Assembly (NCBI RefSeq): GCF_008831285.2
Contig: NC_045138.2
Span: 5,642,001-5,706,000 of the forward strand
DNA: 64,000 nt
DNA from: Nymphaea colorata
Taxonomy: Eukaryota
Direction of reading: 5' to 3'
The notes below the pieces were generated by a model. It searched no databases, was not told the DNA's origin, and worked only from the letters and a program-made list of their open reading frames with translations. The position numbers were made by a program, and so were the translations under genes. Each line of letters begins with the position of its first letter. Position 1 is the stretch's first letter. Of this stretch, positions 11,218 through 24,100 are shown in pieces.

Positions 11218-14200
11218 CCTTCGCCGGTCATCCGTCGTTAGAAACTTTTGAACGCCTTGGACATCGTCCTCGGTCACTGGAAAACGGTACTTTGATTTGG
11301 ACGGTGAATGAAAAGAGTTTAGTGAAGCTTTGAATGAGTTTGTCAATCTACTTGGTACGTTCATCGTCTCTCCTCAAAGCCATGAAGAGCGTTCACCTTA
11401 AGATGGATGAAGTTGCCTCGGCTTGGCTTGCAAGCACCGCCGGAAGAAATCCAATAGCGCCAGCGAGAAGAGAGACCTGATTGACGTGCTCATTGCGGGA
11501 ATTTCCAAACGTCAAACTTGAGAGATTTTGGCAGTAAAAAAAAATATACATAACATACTTATCGTGCGTTTGACAGTCTGGATTTCAGATTCTTTTGTCA
11601 CATACCACGCCAGGTTTATATGAGATTTATGGATTTCAGACCCGAAGTAATCAAACTCATCTTTTGTTTTTCTAATATTTAATTATCAAAAAGTTTGGTG
11701 CCATGTCTATTTAATATTTTGGATTTTTCTTACTAACCGATTTTGATGTTTGTTTCTTTTTGTGATTTAAGTTATTTTTTTATAACTTTCACCATTTTCT
11801 TGTCATTTTAGCTTGTGCCATCACCTTGCCAACTATTTAACCAGATTTCTTTCCATCGAGCTCTCATCATCCTTACCAAATTTCATATTTTTATTTTGTA
11901 ACTTCTTTTTAGAAAATTTTCTAAGACATCCTTAAAAATAATTAAAAGAAAAAGACACTTAACCTGAACTTTCATATTGCTAAAAATACCCTTAGGCTTC
12001 GCACTACTAATAAAAAGCTTTTTTTTTTCAAAAAGGCCACAATTTCTAAGCAGATTTGTTAATTTGTATTATTTTTTTACTGCTTCGATAACATTAATGC
12101 ATGATTAGTTATATCTAATGACTTTGTTTTCTATCTATATACTTAAAACAATTATAAATTTTTTTTGTTAGCGTTATAATGATTTTGAAGGAAATTAAAC
12201 CTAAATACAATTAATTTACTTGTCAATTTAGCAAGAAAAGCAGAGACATTCCCCTCTTTCCATTGCCTTCAAGGTGCAAGGTTGTTTTTGGTCCTTAAGA
12301 TGCTCCTACACGAATCAAACTGACGATCAGACAACAATCTGTCAATCCGACCAACTACAGTCTACACACAATTGATGCACTACCTTATATATATATATGT
12401 CCATACAAAAAGTGAAAACATATAGGTTGCGTTTATTTCACCATGGATTTGAGATTCTCTGTGATCTGATATCCCTAGGATCTCAAATCCATGAATTTAA
12501 GATCATATATCTCTTCCTCCCTCTCTCCCCCACCCAAAAAAAAAAACTGATCTTAAATTAATGGTTTTGAATAAGGATGTGTGGTTCTCTTTGATTTCAA
12601 ATTCTCGAGATTTGAGAACTATGGATCCTCGTGATTTGAGACCTATAGGTTTATTATCAGACCCCCATCCAATTTTATATTTAAAAGGCGTTTGATTGCC
12701 TTGGATCTGAAATTTGAGGTGATTTGGGATCATTGTGAATCTCAAATCCACATTTTTTGCCTCACACCCCCTCACATCTAAAATTCTTCTTTTTCACATA
12801 TTGGTAAAAATCTAGTGTTTGTTGGTCTTACACAAAAGGGACTTTACTGATGGCCCTTTACTTCCTCTGATAACAAATCACACTTGAGTGGCCTCTCTCT
12901 CTCTCTCTTCACAACACCACATATCTTAAAGAAAGCCCAAGATGAATTGGACTACCATGTGGGCAAAGACCAACAAGTGGACGAATCAGACATCAACAAC
13001 TTGCCTTACTTGCAGGCCATAGTCAAAGAGTCAATGCCCCTATACCCAGCAACACCGCTTTTGCTCCCACACGAGTCAATGGAACCCATTCAACTTGGTG
13101 GGTTCGACGTGCCAGTTGGCTCAACGCCGTTCGTTAACACGTGGAAGATTCATCGCGACCCGACATTGTGGACGGACCCAGAAGAGTTCAAGCCAGAGAG
13201 GTTCTTGAGCAGCAACAATGAGATGACCAGCTTTGGTGGTCAGGACTTTTCCTTCTTGCCATTTGGGTCAGGAAGGAGGTTCTGCATTGGCTGGCGGATG
13301 GCCATGCAATTTATTCACTTAACTTTGGCACGCTTGCTGCAGGGCTTTGAATGGTCTACGCCCATGGATGAGCCGATTGACATGACCGAGGGACATGGCC
13401 TAGTCCTGCCCAAAGCAACTCTGTTTAGAGTCCTTTTGAGGCTTCATCTCCCTTCTAGTGTGTGCTATAATATTTCCAATGATATGGCAGATTCATAATT
13501 TGAAACGAAGAATGAGGTCATAAGAAATTAGAATGTTAGATAAAAGGAAAATTGTGGATGTTGCATGTTAATTAATTGATATCAGTTGGGGTGTTTGAAT
13601 AGGTAATAAGTCTCATTTCCAAAGGGTTTGCTGCAACGGCCGGGGCAGCGGATTGTAGGCGGCCAGTTCCTTCAATTATTTTTCCATTTTTAAGAAATGA
13701 GTAAAAACTTTTAAAATATCTGTAGAAAATTTTACTACCAATAATAATTCTGTAATCAATAGCGTCACGTATGTGATTTCTGTATGCATAGTTCCATGGA
13801 TGGACATTCCATTTCAATATACGTAATGTTATTCTGGAAACAAATTACAATGCATACAGAAACATTCATTTAGATAATAAAATAAGATAACATTTTCACG
13901 ATAAAATACTAAAGTAGTAGTGATCTAAAGGGAGCTTAAAAGTGAACAAAAGAAGTACCATCTAGATCTATCCAACCATTTACGTTGCCTTTGATTACAG
14001 CAGATTTGATATCCACTGTTTTTAAATCCGAACCCAAATCCAATTTCAAATTCACACTTTTATACCAAACTGGGAATTTAAAAGACTAACAAGAAGCAGC
14101 TCTTGGCAAGACGGAACATATACCTCCCAAAATAATCCCGCATAGATTTTTCTTGCACCACAGAGTTTGTGGTTTTTTTTTTTTTTGCGTATTGAGGTGT

Positions 14201-15219
14201 AAAAATGACTCATCTATAAAAGAGACAATCCTACAAAGATAAAAGATGGAAAGTGGAAGATATAAAGTCCTCAATATGTTTGTTTTTTTTTTGAAAACGG
14301 CAAAAATGTCCCTATGCCTTTTTTGGTGTGCATTTATTGCATGCACTAGGGTGGTGCTCACAACTGGATCCACCTAGTTCTTTTGTGGTTGGCTTTCTAA
14401 TGTGTGCAAAATTTTTTAATGTCTACATAAATTAAAGCACATTCATATTTAATATTGTCATAGTGTCCCATTAATCTACTCCATAGATTCATGGGATCAT
14501 GACACATTGCTCATATTATCAAATGGTCTCAATCTGGTCCACAGGAATGATGCGGCTGTCGTGGATTATATGGTTCTAACAATTCAATCAGTCTCCAAAA
14601 TATCATATTGCAAACGATAGAAGAATGCTATTGGTAGTAAAGTCTAAGTCTAAGAAGGAGGCTACCATCATTGTCCTATAGTGATCTCTTGTGGGGTGGA
14701 CAAGATCTCCAAGCCCAATCATCAAAGAAACTCATCCATATATGAGGAATATTGATTGGTATAAACCAAACAAATAGGTCAAGGACAAAAACCAAACCTT
14801 TAACTATGATGTTTAAAGCGTTTTTTTTGGAAGTATAACCGTACCAATATGATATTAAGGATAGGTAATATGATATTAAGGATAGGTTGATGTGAAATAT
14901 ATATTAATTTGATCCATTTCTAGGTTTTAATAGTGTTTTTATGACAAGAAAATAAATGAATGGCTGTCATAGCGTCTACATTTTGATAATAGAAAAAACA
15001 ACATTTTTCGTGTGTAAAAACAAGTTGATTCAAAGCACGTGTTATATCAAAATATTTTTTTATAAATATATTAGAATGGTTATATTTTATTTTAAGATAA
15101 CTTTTTAACCAAAAAATTAAAATGTTTATTTCTTTTTTTCTCTTACCTAAGTGTTTTGTGGTATATATATACAAACATAGCTACCAAGCACCAAGACTGA
15201 AAATACCCTCACCACATCT

Positions 15220-18045
15220 ATGGATTCCATCAGGCTGGTAGCAGAGGGTTTAGCAGCTCTGCTCGCTCTTTTCTTCATCTGCAATATTTGGCAAAAGAAG
15301 AAAAGAGAAGCAAGAGGCCGACTACCAGAACCGGGCGGTCGTTGGCCAATAGTCGGACACCTTGGCCTGCTGACGGGAACCACACCTCTCTATAGAACTC
15401 TCGCTGCTCTTTCAGAGAAGCTGGGGCCTCTCTTCAGTCTCCAATTGGGACAAAGGCGTGCCATTGTGGTGAGCAGCATGGACCTCGCCAAGGAGTGCTT
15501 CACTGTCAATGACCGAGCCTTTGCCGGTCGGCCTCAGCTAGAAGGTTGGAAACGCCTTGGCTACAATCGTGCCATGTTCGTATTCAGCCCATATGGACCT
15601 TACTTTCTTGAACTCCGCAAGATCGTCGCCAACAAGCTGCTCTCAAGCCAGCAACTCCGACTGGTCAAACACATCCAGGTCGACGAAGTGGGTTCCTTGG
15701 TGCAGCGATTGTATCGCAGTTGCAGCAACCTTGAGCCGGTTGAGATGAACCATCATTTGACCTGGTTGGCTATGAACATTGTCCTCAGGGTGGTCGCCGG
15801 AAAACGGTACTTTGATTTAGGCGGTGAAGGAAAAGAGTTTAGAGAAGCTCTCGGTGAATTTAACAATCTAGTTGGTACGTTCACCCTCTCTGACGCGATC
15901 CCGTGGCTGGGGTGGCTAGATCTGAGTGGCCACCTGCAGGCCATGAAGAGGGTTCACCAGAAGATGGATGAAGTTGCCTCGGCTTGGCTTGCAGAGCACC
16001 GCCGGAAGGAGTCCAGTGGCGCCGGTGAGGAGAGTGACTTGATGGACGTGCTCATTAAAGAATTAAAAGACGGCCACTTGTCGGAAAATCATCAACTGAC
16101 CTAATTAAGGCCACGTATGCGTTACCACCTCTCTCTCTTTTCCTCTTTTTTTTTTCCTAAGGTAAAACTGAGAGATTTTGACAATAAAAAAATATGTGCA
16201 TAACATACATGCTTGGCGTTTGACAGATTGCATCTAAGATTCATAGGACTTGAAAACCGTGGTTTTAGATCTGACTTTTCTCTTTCAATCTTAATTCTAA
16301 CCTTTAAGCTTTCGACATAGAGAAGTAAAATAAGAATGTCAAGTATGAATCTTAGGTCGCATGATTCTTTTGTCATATCAACAAAAGCAAACCACATCAG
16401 GTTCATGTGAGATTTATGAATTTTCAGAACTGAAGTAATAAACTCCCCCTGAAGTTTAATTTTCTAATGGTTAATTACCAAAAATCTGGGTGACCGTGCT
16501 TTTTTCTCTTCTAAATATTTCAGATTCTTCTTACTAACAGATTTGTATATTTGCTTCTTTTGGTGATTTAGTTTGAAGCATGTTTTATAACTTTAAGCAT
16601 TTCTTGCCAAACCAAGCTGATTAAGTAAACGTATTACCACCCTATTTAAACTGATAAGATTTTGGGTCCTTCTCATCGCCTAATTTCTGTTTGCAACATG
16701 GGAAGCCAAAAAACTAAGAGAAATGAGAGTATCATATACACACAGTATATTAATACTAGAAGAGTTTTTAGGTTGTGCTTGATTCCACATGGATCTTAGA
16801 TCTAAGGAATCACAAATCCATGATAGATAAAATCCACATTTCAATCAAATTGTGAGCTTCCCATGATAGATAAAATCATGGCCCCTGATTTTAAATCTTC
16901 AAGATTGGAGATCCATATATTTAAGAGAGCTTCCCCACAATCTTAAATCAGGCATGTTTTTATAGTTTATATCCGAGGGGTGTTTGATAGCCTCAGATTT
17001 GAAATTCAAGGTGATTTGGGTTCATTGGGAATCTCAAATCTACATGCTTTAGGTCAGATCCGACATCAATTGTAAGGTTTTATTTATAAACTAAGGATCT
17101 CAGTTCTTCTTTTTCACATAATGGCAAAATCTAGGGTTTGTTTATGTTGTAGTTCTACATAAAAGGGATATTAGATCAGCCTCTGAACTGGGATCTCATG
17201 CTACCAGCCACACATTTAGTAGTTTCCGTAAAGTTCAAATGGCTTTTCACTGAATGTTCTTTGCTCTATATACATTTAAATCATTCCTCTGATAACAAAT
17301 AAAAGAAATTGCTCCATACCTACTTTTTATTCATGTTTGCTTGTAGCACTTTCAATTCTCTAGCATCAGTAAAGGGCATAGATCTGTTTACTACCAATCT
17401 CCATTGTAATGAATTATTCCAGGTTTTGGTAGTAGCCGGGACAGAGAGCACGGCAGTCACACTTGAGTGGGCTCTCTCTCTCTTGCTAAATAACCCACAT
17501 CTCTTAAAGAAAGCCCAAGATGAGTTAGACTGCCAGGTCGGCAAAGAGCGACAAGTGGATGAATCAGATCTCAGTAACTTGCCTTATTTGCAAGCTATAG
17601 TCAAAGAGACAATGCGCCTACACCCAACCGGACCACTTTTGGTCCCACACGAGTCAACGGAACCAGTTCAACTTGGTGGGTTCGAGGTGCCGGTTGGCTC
17701 AATCCTGTTGTTAATGTGTGGAAGATTCATCATGACCCGACATTGTGGATCGACCCAGAAGAATTCAAGCCAGAGAGGTTCTTGAGCAGCCGCAATGTGA
17801 TGACCGGCTTTGGTGGTCAGGACTTTGCGTTCTTGCCATTTGGATCGGGAAGGAGGATCTGCGTTGGCCGGCGGATGGCCATGCAAGTTCTTAACCTAAC
17901 TTTGGCATGCTTGCTGCAGAGCTTTGAATGGTCTACACCCATGAATGAGCCGGTTGACATGACCGTGGGACATGGCCTAACCCTGCCCAAAGCAACTCCG
18001 CTTAGAGTGCTTTTGAGGCCCCGTCTCCCACCCCACCTCTATTAG
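15220..18045 (+). pseudogene. CYP82: CYP82-like paralog A, copy A2: full length but frameshifted as assembled (possibly intact in reality)
   Basis: Both exons present (exon 2 17423-18045). About 9 bases are missing in a cluster at ~16094-16120, including the donor context, and 1 base is missing at ~17708. Confidence 0.75.
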
Positions 18046-19620
18046 TTACTTGTTTTTAGTATTAGTTACTTGTTTTTAGTGTATGCTATAACATTACCAA
18101 TAATATGGCAGGTTCATGGTTTCATTTTTGAGAATAAACTTTTCCAGTTGAATTCAAAATGAATAACGAGGTGATAAGAAATTGGAATGTTAGAGAAAAG
18201 GAAGTTCTGGGTGTTGCATGTTAATTGATCATGTTGGGGTGTCTGAATAGGTAATGAGTTTCAAGGAGTATAGTGTAGCTGGTTGGATTAGTGGATCAGT
18301 CAAAACATAGTCAATTTCAAATTGAATTCTTGTGGATGCTACTTTTTTTGTCTTAAAACTACCGTAGACACTACTCTCTAAGTTGATGGAAGCAACCATA
18401 AGCTCATCTGGGTGAAGTTGAAGGTATTTCAACCTCTCACCTCAGCGGTGGGTTCCCTCCTGCGCACCCAAACTGAATAAATAACGACGGAAGTGGGGTG
18501 AAACAGTTTGTGATGCATATTTTAATTTGAAATTGATGCATGGATTGGTGCGGTGCCACAAATTAATCTATAGTTCTGCAGAATCAATTTCTTATGATGG
18601 GGTGACCTATGAAAAATATAAATTGAAAGAAAAAAAGTATTCTAAACATTCTGTCTGTCTTATCCAAGCTCGCACACATCGTAAAAGTACTATGTCTCAT
18701 GACTGTTGTTGCACATATGGTCGAATGAGGTATATTTGATGGATTTTTGTGATATTATCGCCGCCATGTTTGATTGGTTGAGCTATACAGTATGAAAATT
18801 TAAAGGAAAACACGGTAACATTCTGGAAATCACCAAATAAAATTGGCACACATTGGCCAGATTTTGAGCGCTGATAGGTAAAATTAAAGCAGAGAACAAC
18901 TAGTTTTTTAGTAATAATATAAAACAATTTTTAACATAACCGTTGGGTTAGATCACCTCATTGTGGAGGATCCTATCCAAACCCAGGTGGAAGGTGAAAA
19001 GGCTTTTTTTTTGCACTCGTACTTGAGTGGAAAGCATTGAAAAGATGCAAATAAGAAACAATTTTGTGGATTGAAATTACAAAAGTTTAAATAGAAGAGG
19101 GAAGAAAAGGGGATTGGATGTTTTTATGTGATTCTTGGCTTGGGGTTTTCTTCTTCGTTGCTTGGGGTTTTTATGTTCTCTACTCACTGGAAACCCAGAT
19201 GGGGTACAAGTAAACCCTTCAATTTGAGGGTTGCGATTCAAACTTTTACATCCCAAGAATGTAGCACTCATGGGAACTGAATGACATATCTTCTAATCAT
19301 CTACTTATCCGATGAACTATACTATGTCCCTTAAATCTATTGGGTGGAGTTTTTCAGTTGCTAACGGAGGAATTTTAATGTTTTTTTGTTTTTACCATAT
19401 TAAAATTATACATTGTTGAAAAGTCATCACTAACATGGTATGATATGATAAAACAGCCAGAGACATATTTAATGCTTGTGAGCTGTGGGAACTTCCCCTC
19501 AACCCGTATTAGACATGTTTCCCCACGGCCTGACGGCCCCCCCTAGAGGGAGGAGAAGGCCCCACTGGCCACCACCGGGGCCCACATGTCATGTGGGAGA
19601 GGAGCCCATTAAATAAGCTC

Positions 19621-19783
19621 TTACCCCACTCTAAACACTCATAGAACTTTACTGCTTTTACCCCACTCTAAACACTCACAGAACTTTACTGTCTAGATTT
19701 TCTGTCTCATGATTGTTTTCTCTATTGTCCAAATCATTATTGGCTTGATTTTCTATCTCATGATTGTTTTCCCTATTGTCCAA
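19621..19783. repeat. Two adjacent local duplications (37 bp period x2; ~51 bp period x2); also at ~42031-42193
   Basis: TTACCCCACTCTAAACACTCA(T/C)AGAACTTTACTG twice, then GATTTTCT(G/A)TCTCATGATTGTTTTC(T/C)CTATTGTCCAAA twice. Confidence 0.85.
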
Positions 19784-21103
19784 AATATCATGAAATATGT
19801 GAAGGAGTTTTATCTGCATATCAATTATTATCAATGGCACATCTAAACTTTTTAACCATATAATAGCCCTTTTTTTGCTTCACTTGTAAATTTCTAAAAG
19901 GAAAGGGAAAGGAAAAAGAAAAAAGAAGAGAAAATCTTCAAATATTATAAGGAGGGTAGAACAATGTTCTTTTGAAAAGTCTAATTAGTTGGGGGGAAAT
20001 GAATTGACCCTGCTGCTGCTTTTGGAGGCATGTTTTTGGTTCCCCATCTGGTTGTTGGTCATAAGTCTTTTTCTGTTATTTAATGTAAGGAAGATGTAAA
20101 CTTTTTCAGATTCAGGTAATCTAAAGTACATTGAAAATTGAATATGTTTAAATTCAATATTAACAAAAGAAAATCAAAATCATATTTTAATTATTTACAT
20201 CCTTAAATTAAACAAAAAAAAAATCTCGTGTCTCTCTTGAGGGTCGTAACAGAAAACATTATTTTTGAAAAATATATATCAAAATAAAGAAGAAATAATA
20301 CATGAATAGTCAAGTAAGATGACCTGATAATGTAAAATTTTGAGGGGAAATTAGCATGAGATTCAGTGACCATTGAAGGGGGGAAAATATAAAAAAAGCT
20401 TTATTGACCTTTTCCCCATAATTAGATTTGACCTAGAAAAGAAAAAGAAAAAAAATGTTTAAAATGAAAACTGATATTCTGTACAATTTTCTCATACTAT
20501 ATATGTACAAAAATTTAGTTTTGTATTTAAGATTATGAGGGATCTTCAAGGGCTTATAAAGAAGGTCATTACTAAATGGTTGTTCTGGTTCTTACCCATT
20601 TTCTGGGTAGAAGCTCAAACTGCTATGGGGCGAGTTAGGATCCGTCGAACCAAAGGTCCCAAGCCCAACAGTGGGTCGGGTTGGTACAAAAGTCGCCATC
20701 ATTGTCCTGCGGTAATCTCTTGTGGGGTCGCCAAGATCTTGAAGTCCAATTATCAAAGAACCCCATTTTAAGAAATTGGGGCACGTATTGACGTAAAATA
20801 TTAGAATAAACTGGTCATAGCATCTACGTTTGATAATAGAAAAAAATGAATGGCGGTCATAGCATCTACATTTGATAATAGAAAAATCAACATTACAACA
20901 TTTTTCACGTAAAAACAAGTTGATGCAAAGCATGTGTTATATCAAAGTATTTTTGACAAATATATTAGGATGGTTATTTTATATTTAAAACAACTTTTAA
21001 TGAAAAAATTGAAAGGTTTGTTTCTTTTTTGCTCTGTTTGGTGTTATATATATACAAACATAGCTACCGAGCACCAAGTCTGCAAAATACCATCATCACA
21101 TCC

Positions 21104-24100
21104 ATGGATTCCATAGAGCTGGTAGCAGGCTCTTCTTGCCCTTTTCTTTCTTGAGAGTGCGAGAAAAGAGTTTTGTGTGTTGTTCCTAACAACTGGTATC
21201 AGAGCCAGGTTCGTTCGCAATAGAAACAATGGCATTGGAAGAAAGAAAAGTCAGAATCGAGAAGTTCGACGGTAAAGATTTTGGATTCTGAAAGATGCAG
21301 ATCGATGACTACTTGTATCAGAAGAAACTGCATGAACTACTCATGGAAGCGAAGCCCACAACAATGGCTGACACAGATTGGCAGTTGCTGGATAGACAAG
21401 CCCTTGGAGTCATCCGGTTGACGCTGGCCAGAAACGTCGCCTTCAACATTGTTAACGAGAAGACGACAGGAAGTCTGATGAAGACGCTAACAGATATATA
21501 CGAAAAAACATTTTGCTACGAATAAGGTATATTTGATGCATCGATTATTTAATTTGAAAATGGCTGAAGGTGCCTCTGTTATGGATCACATAAATGAGTT
21601 CAATATTATTACTTCTCAATTGTGTTTTGTGGATATTAAATTTGATGATGAGGTTCAAGCCCTAATTTTGCTGTCATCTCTATTAGAGTGTTTGAGTGCC
21701 ACTGTGACCGCCGTTAGTAGTTCATCGATGTCAAGTAAATTGAAGTTTAGTGGTGATCGAGATTTAATACTTAGTGAGGACATTCGTAGAAGAGAGACAG
21801 GAGAACCTCTCGATCTGCCATAAATGTTCATAACAGGGGCAGAACTAGTCAACGCTACCAAGACCGTAGAAGGTCCAAATCTAAGAGAATGAGTCAATCC
21901 AAACCTTGAAGTGATGGCTGTTGGAACTGTGGTAAGCGAGGACACCAAAAAAGAGACTGCAGGTTATTGAAAAAGAAAAACACAAATCATGAGGATGATT
22001 CAGAAAAATGCAGCAACAGAAGATATAGGTGATGCACTTGCTTTGAATATACACAACTCTATAGAGTCTTGGATTTTAAACTCTAGTGCATCTTTTTATT
22101 AAACATATTCTAATGAAAGTATGCACAACAACTATGTTGCAGGAAAATTTGACAGAGTATATTTTGCAGATGATGAACCTCTGGATATTGTAGGGAAATG
22201 TGAGGTTCACATTAAAATGCAAAATGAACATGTATGGAAGTTAAAAGATGTCAGACATGTCCCAGAGTTGAAGTCCCAGAGTTGAAGAGGAATCTCATTT
22301 CAATCGGGCAATTAGATGACGAAGGCTATGTTACTATCTTTGTTAGCGGATCTTAGAAGATAACCAAAGGTGCTATGGTTATAGCACGAGGTCACAAATT
22401 TGGCACATTGTACATAACTGCAGATGTGAAAGACACAGTGGTTGTGGTGAAATGTGAGAATAGATCCTTGTTGTGGCATTGCAGGCTTGGGCATATGAGT
22501 GAGAAGAGAATGAAGATCATGGCAACAAATAACAAGTTGCATGACTTGAAATCTGTAGACATTGGGCTATGTGAAGACTGTGTCTTCGGGAAACAGAAAA
22601 TTGTCACTTTCTCCAAAGTTGGACGACCTCCTAAGAAGGAAAAGTTAGAGTTTGTGCATACTAATGTTTGGAGACCTGTTCTAGTTCGTTCTCTTGGAGG
22701 ATCCTTATACTATGTCACAATCCTTTCTGATTGTATCAGAAAGGTGTTGGTCTATTTTCTCAATCTGACGTGTTTAATGTTTTTAAAAGGTAGAAAGCAG
22801 AAGTAGAAAATCAGACTACAAAGAACATTAAGTGTCTACGGTCAAACAATGGTGGTGAGTATGACAGCAAAGAGTTTAAAGACTTTTGTGCAGATCATAG
22901 GATTCGAACACAAAGGACAATCCCTAAAAAACCACGACAAAATGGAGTTGTAGAAAGAATGAACAGAACCCTTTGTGAAAGAGAAAGAGCATGAGACTGT
23001 ATTCAGGCTTGCCAAAGATTTTTGGGCTGATGCAATCAATACAGTTGCATACTTGACAAATTATGGGCCTTCTGTTCCTTTGGACTATGGGATACATGAA
23101 AAAGCCTGAATCGGTAAAGAGGTAAATCTTGCATACTTAAGAGTCTTTGGTTGTGTCTCTTACATACATATAGACTCGAATAAAAGGGATAAATTAGATC
23201 TAAGCCCAGAAAATGTTATTTCATTGATTATGGAAATGATGAGTTTGGATATTATTTTCAATATGATAAAGCGAAGAAAATTATTAGACATAATGACATA
23301 GTGTTCAATGAAATGGCTCTGTACAGAGAGTGATAGTCTTATGTCTGATAAGATGAACATCATGACACAAATGAAGACATTGTAGAACTTCAAAATGTCT
23401 GTGAAGATGATGTTGCAATTAAGACTCAAGATAGAAACAGTCAGATGGAACAAGAACCAAGCACATCCCAACCTCCATTGAGGAGATCAAGTAGAAGACC
23501 AAAACCAAATCGAATATATTCTCCTTATTTATATTACTTACTGTTAACTGATGTCGGAGAACACGAGTGTTTTGATGAAGCAATGCAGGTTACAGATTCA
23601 ATTAAGTGAGAGTCAACTGTGAAAGAAGAGATGGACTCTTTCATGCTAACAGAACATGGAAACTAACTGAGCTTCCTTGTGGAAAGAAGTCATTGCAAAA
23701 CAAATAGGTATACAAGATTAAATAAGAAGCAGCAGGAAGAAAAAAGTATAAAGCAAGGTTAGTAGTGAAAGGTTTTCAACAAAAAGAAGGTATAGATTAT
23801 ACATAAATTTTCTCTCTTGTTATTAAACTAACTACTATAAGATTGGTATTAAGTTTAGTTGCAGCTGAAAATTTATATTTGGAGCAACTAGATGTAAAAA
23901 CTGCATTCTTTCATGAAGATTTGGAGAAAGATATTTATATGATGCAACCTGAATGTTTCTAGGTACAAAAAAATGAAAGCCTTGTATGCAAGTTAGAGAA
24001 GAGTCTCTATGGTTTAAAACAGGCACTAACATAGTGGTAGAAAAAGTTTGATAACTTTACGGGAAGAAATGCCTTTAAGAAGTGTGATATGGATCATTGT

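Larger units (their letters stand above)
6964..13498 (+). pseudogene. CYP82: CYP82-like paralog B, copy B2, split by copia (5' stub 6964-7008; 3' part 11218-13498)
   Basis: ATG GAT TCC ATA GAG start stub. After the LTR, exon 1 resumes at CCTTCGCCGGTC. Exon-2 ORF 12884-13498 has PERF and FGSGRRFCIG but no acceptor or I-helix. Confidence 0.9.

Noticed and set aside
20655..20666. GGTCCCAAGCCC resembles the plant twister ribozyme loop
   Set aside because: Flanking stems, the UAA cleavage loop and the GAGGG pairing segment could not be built.
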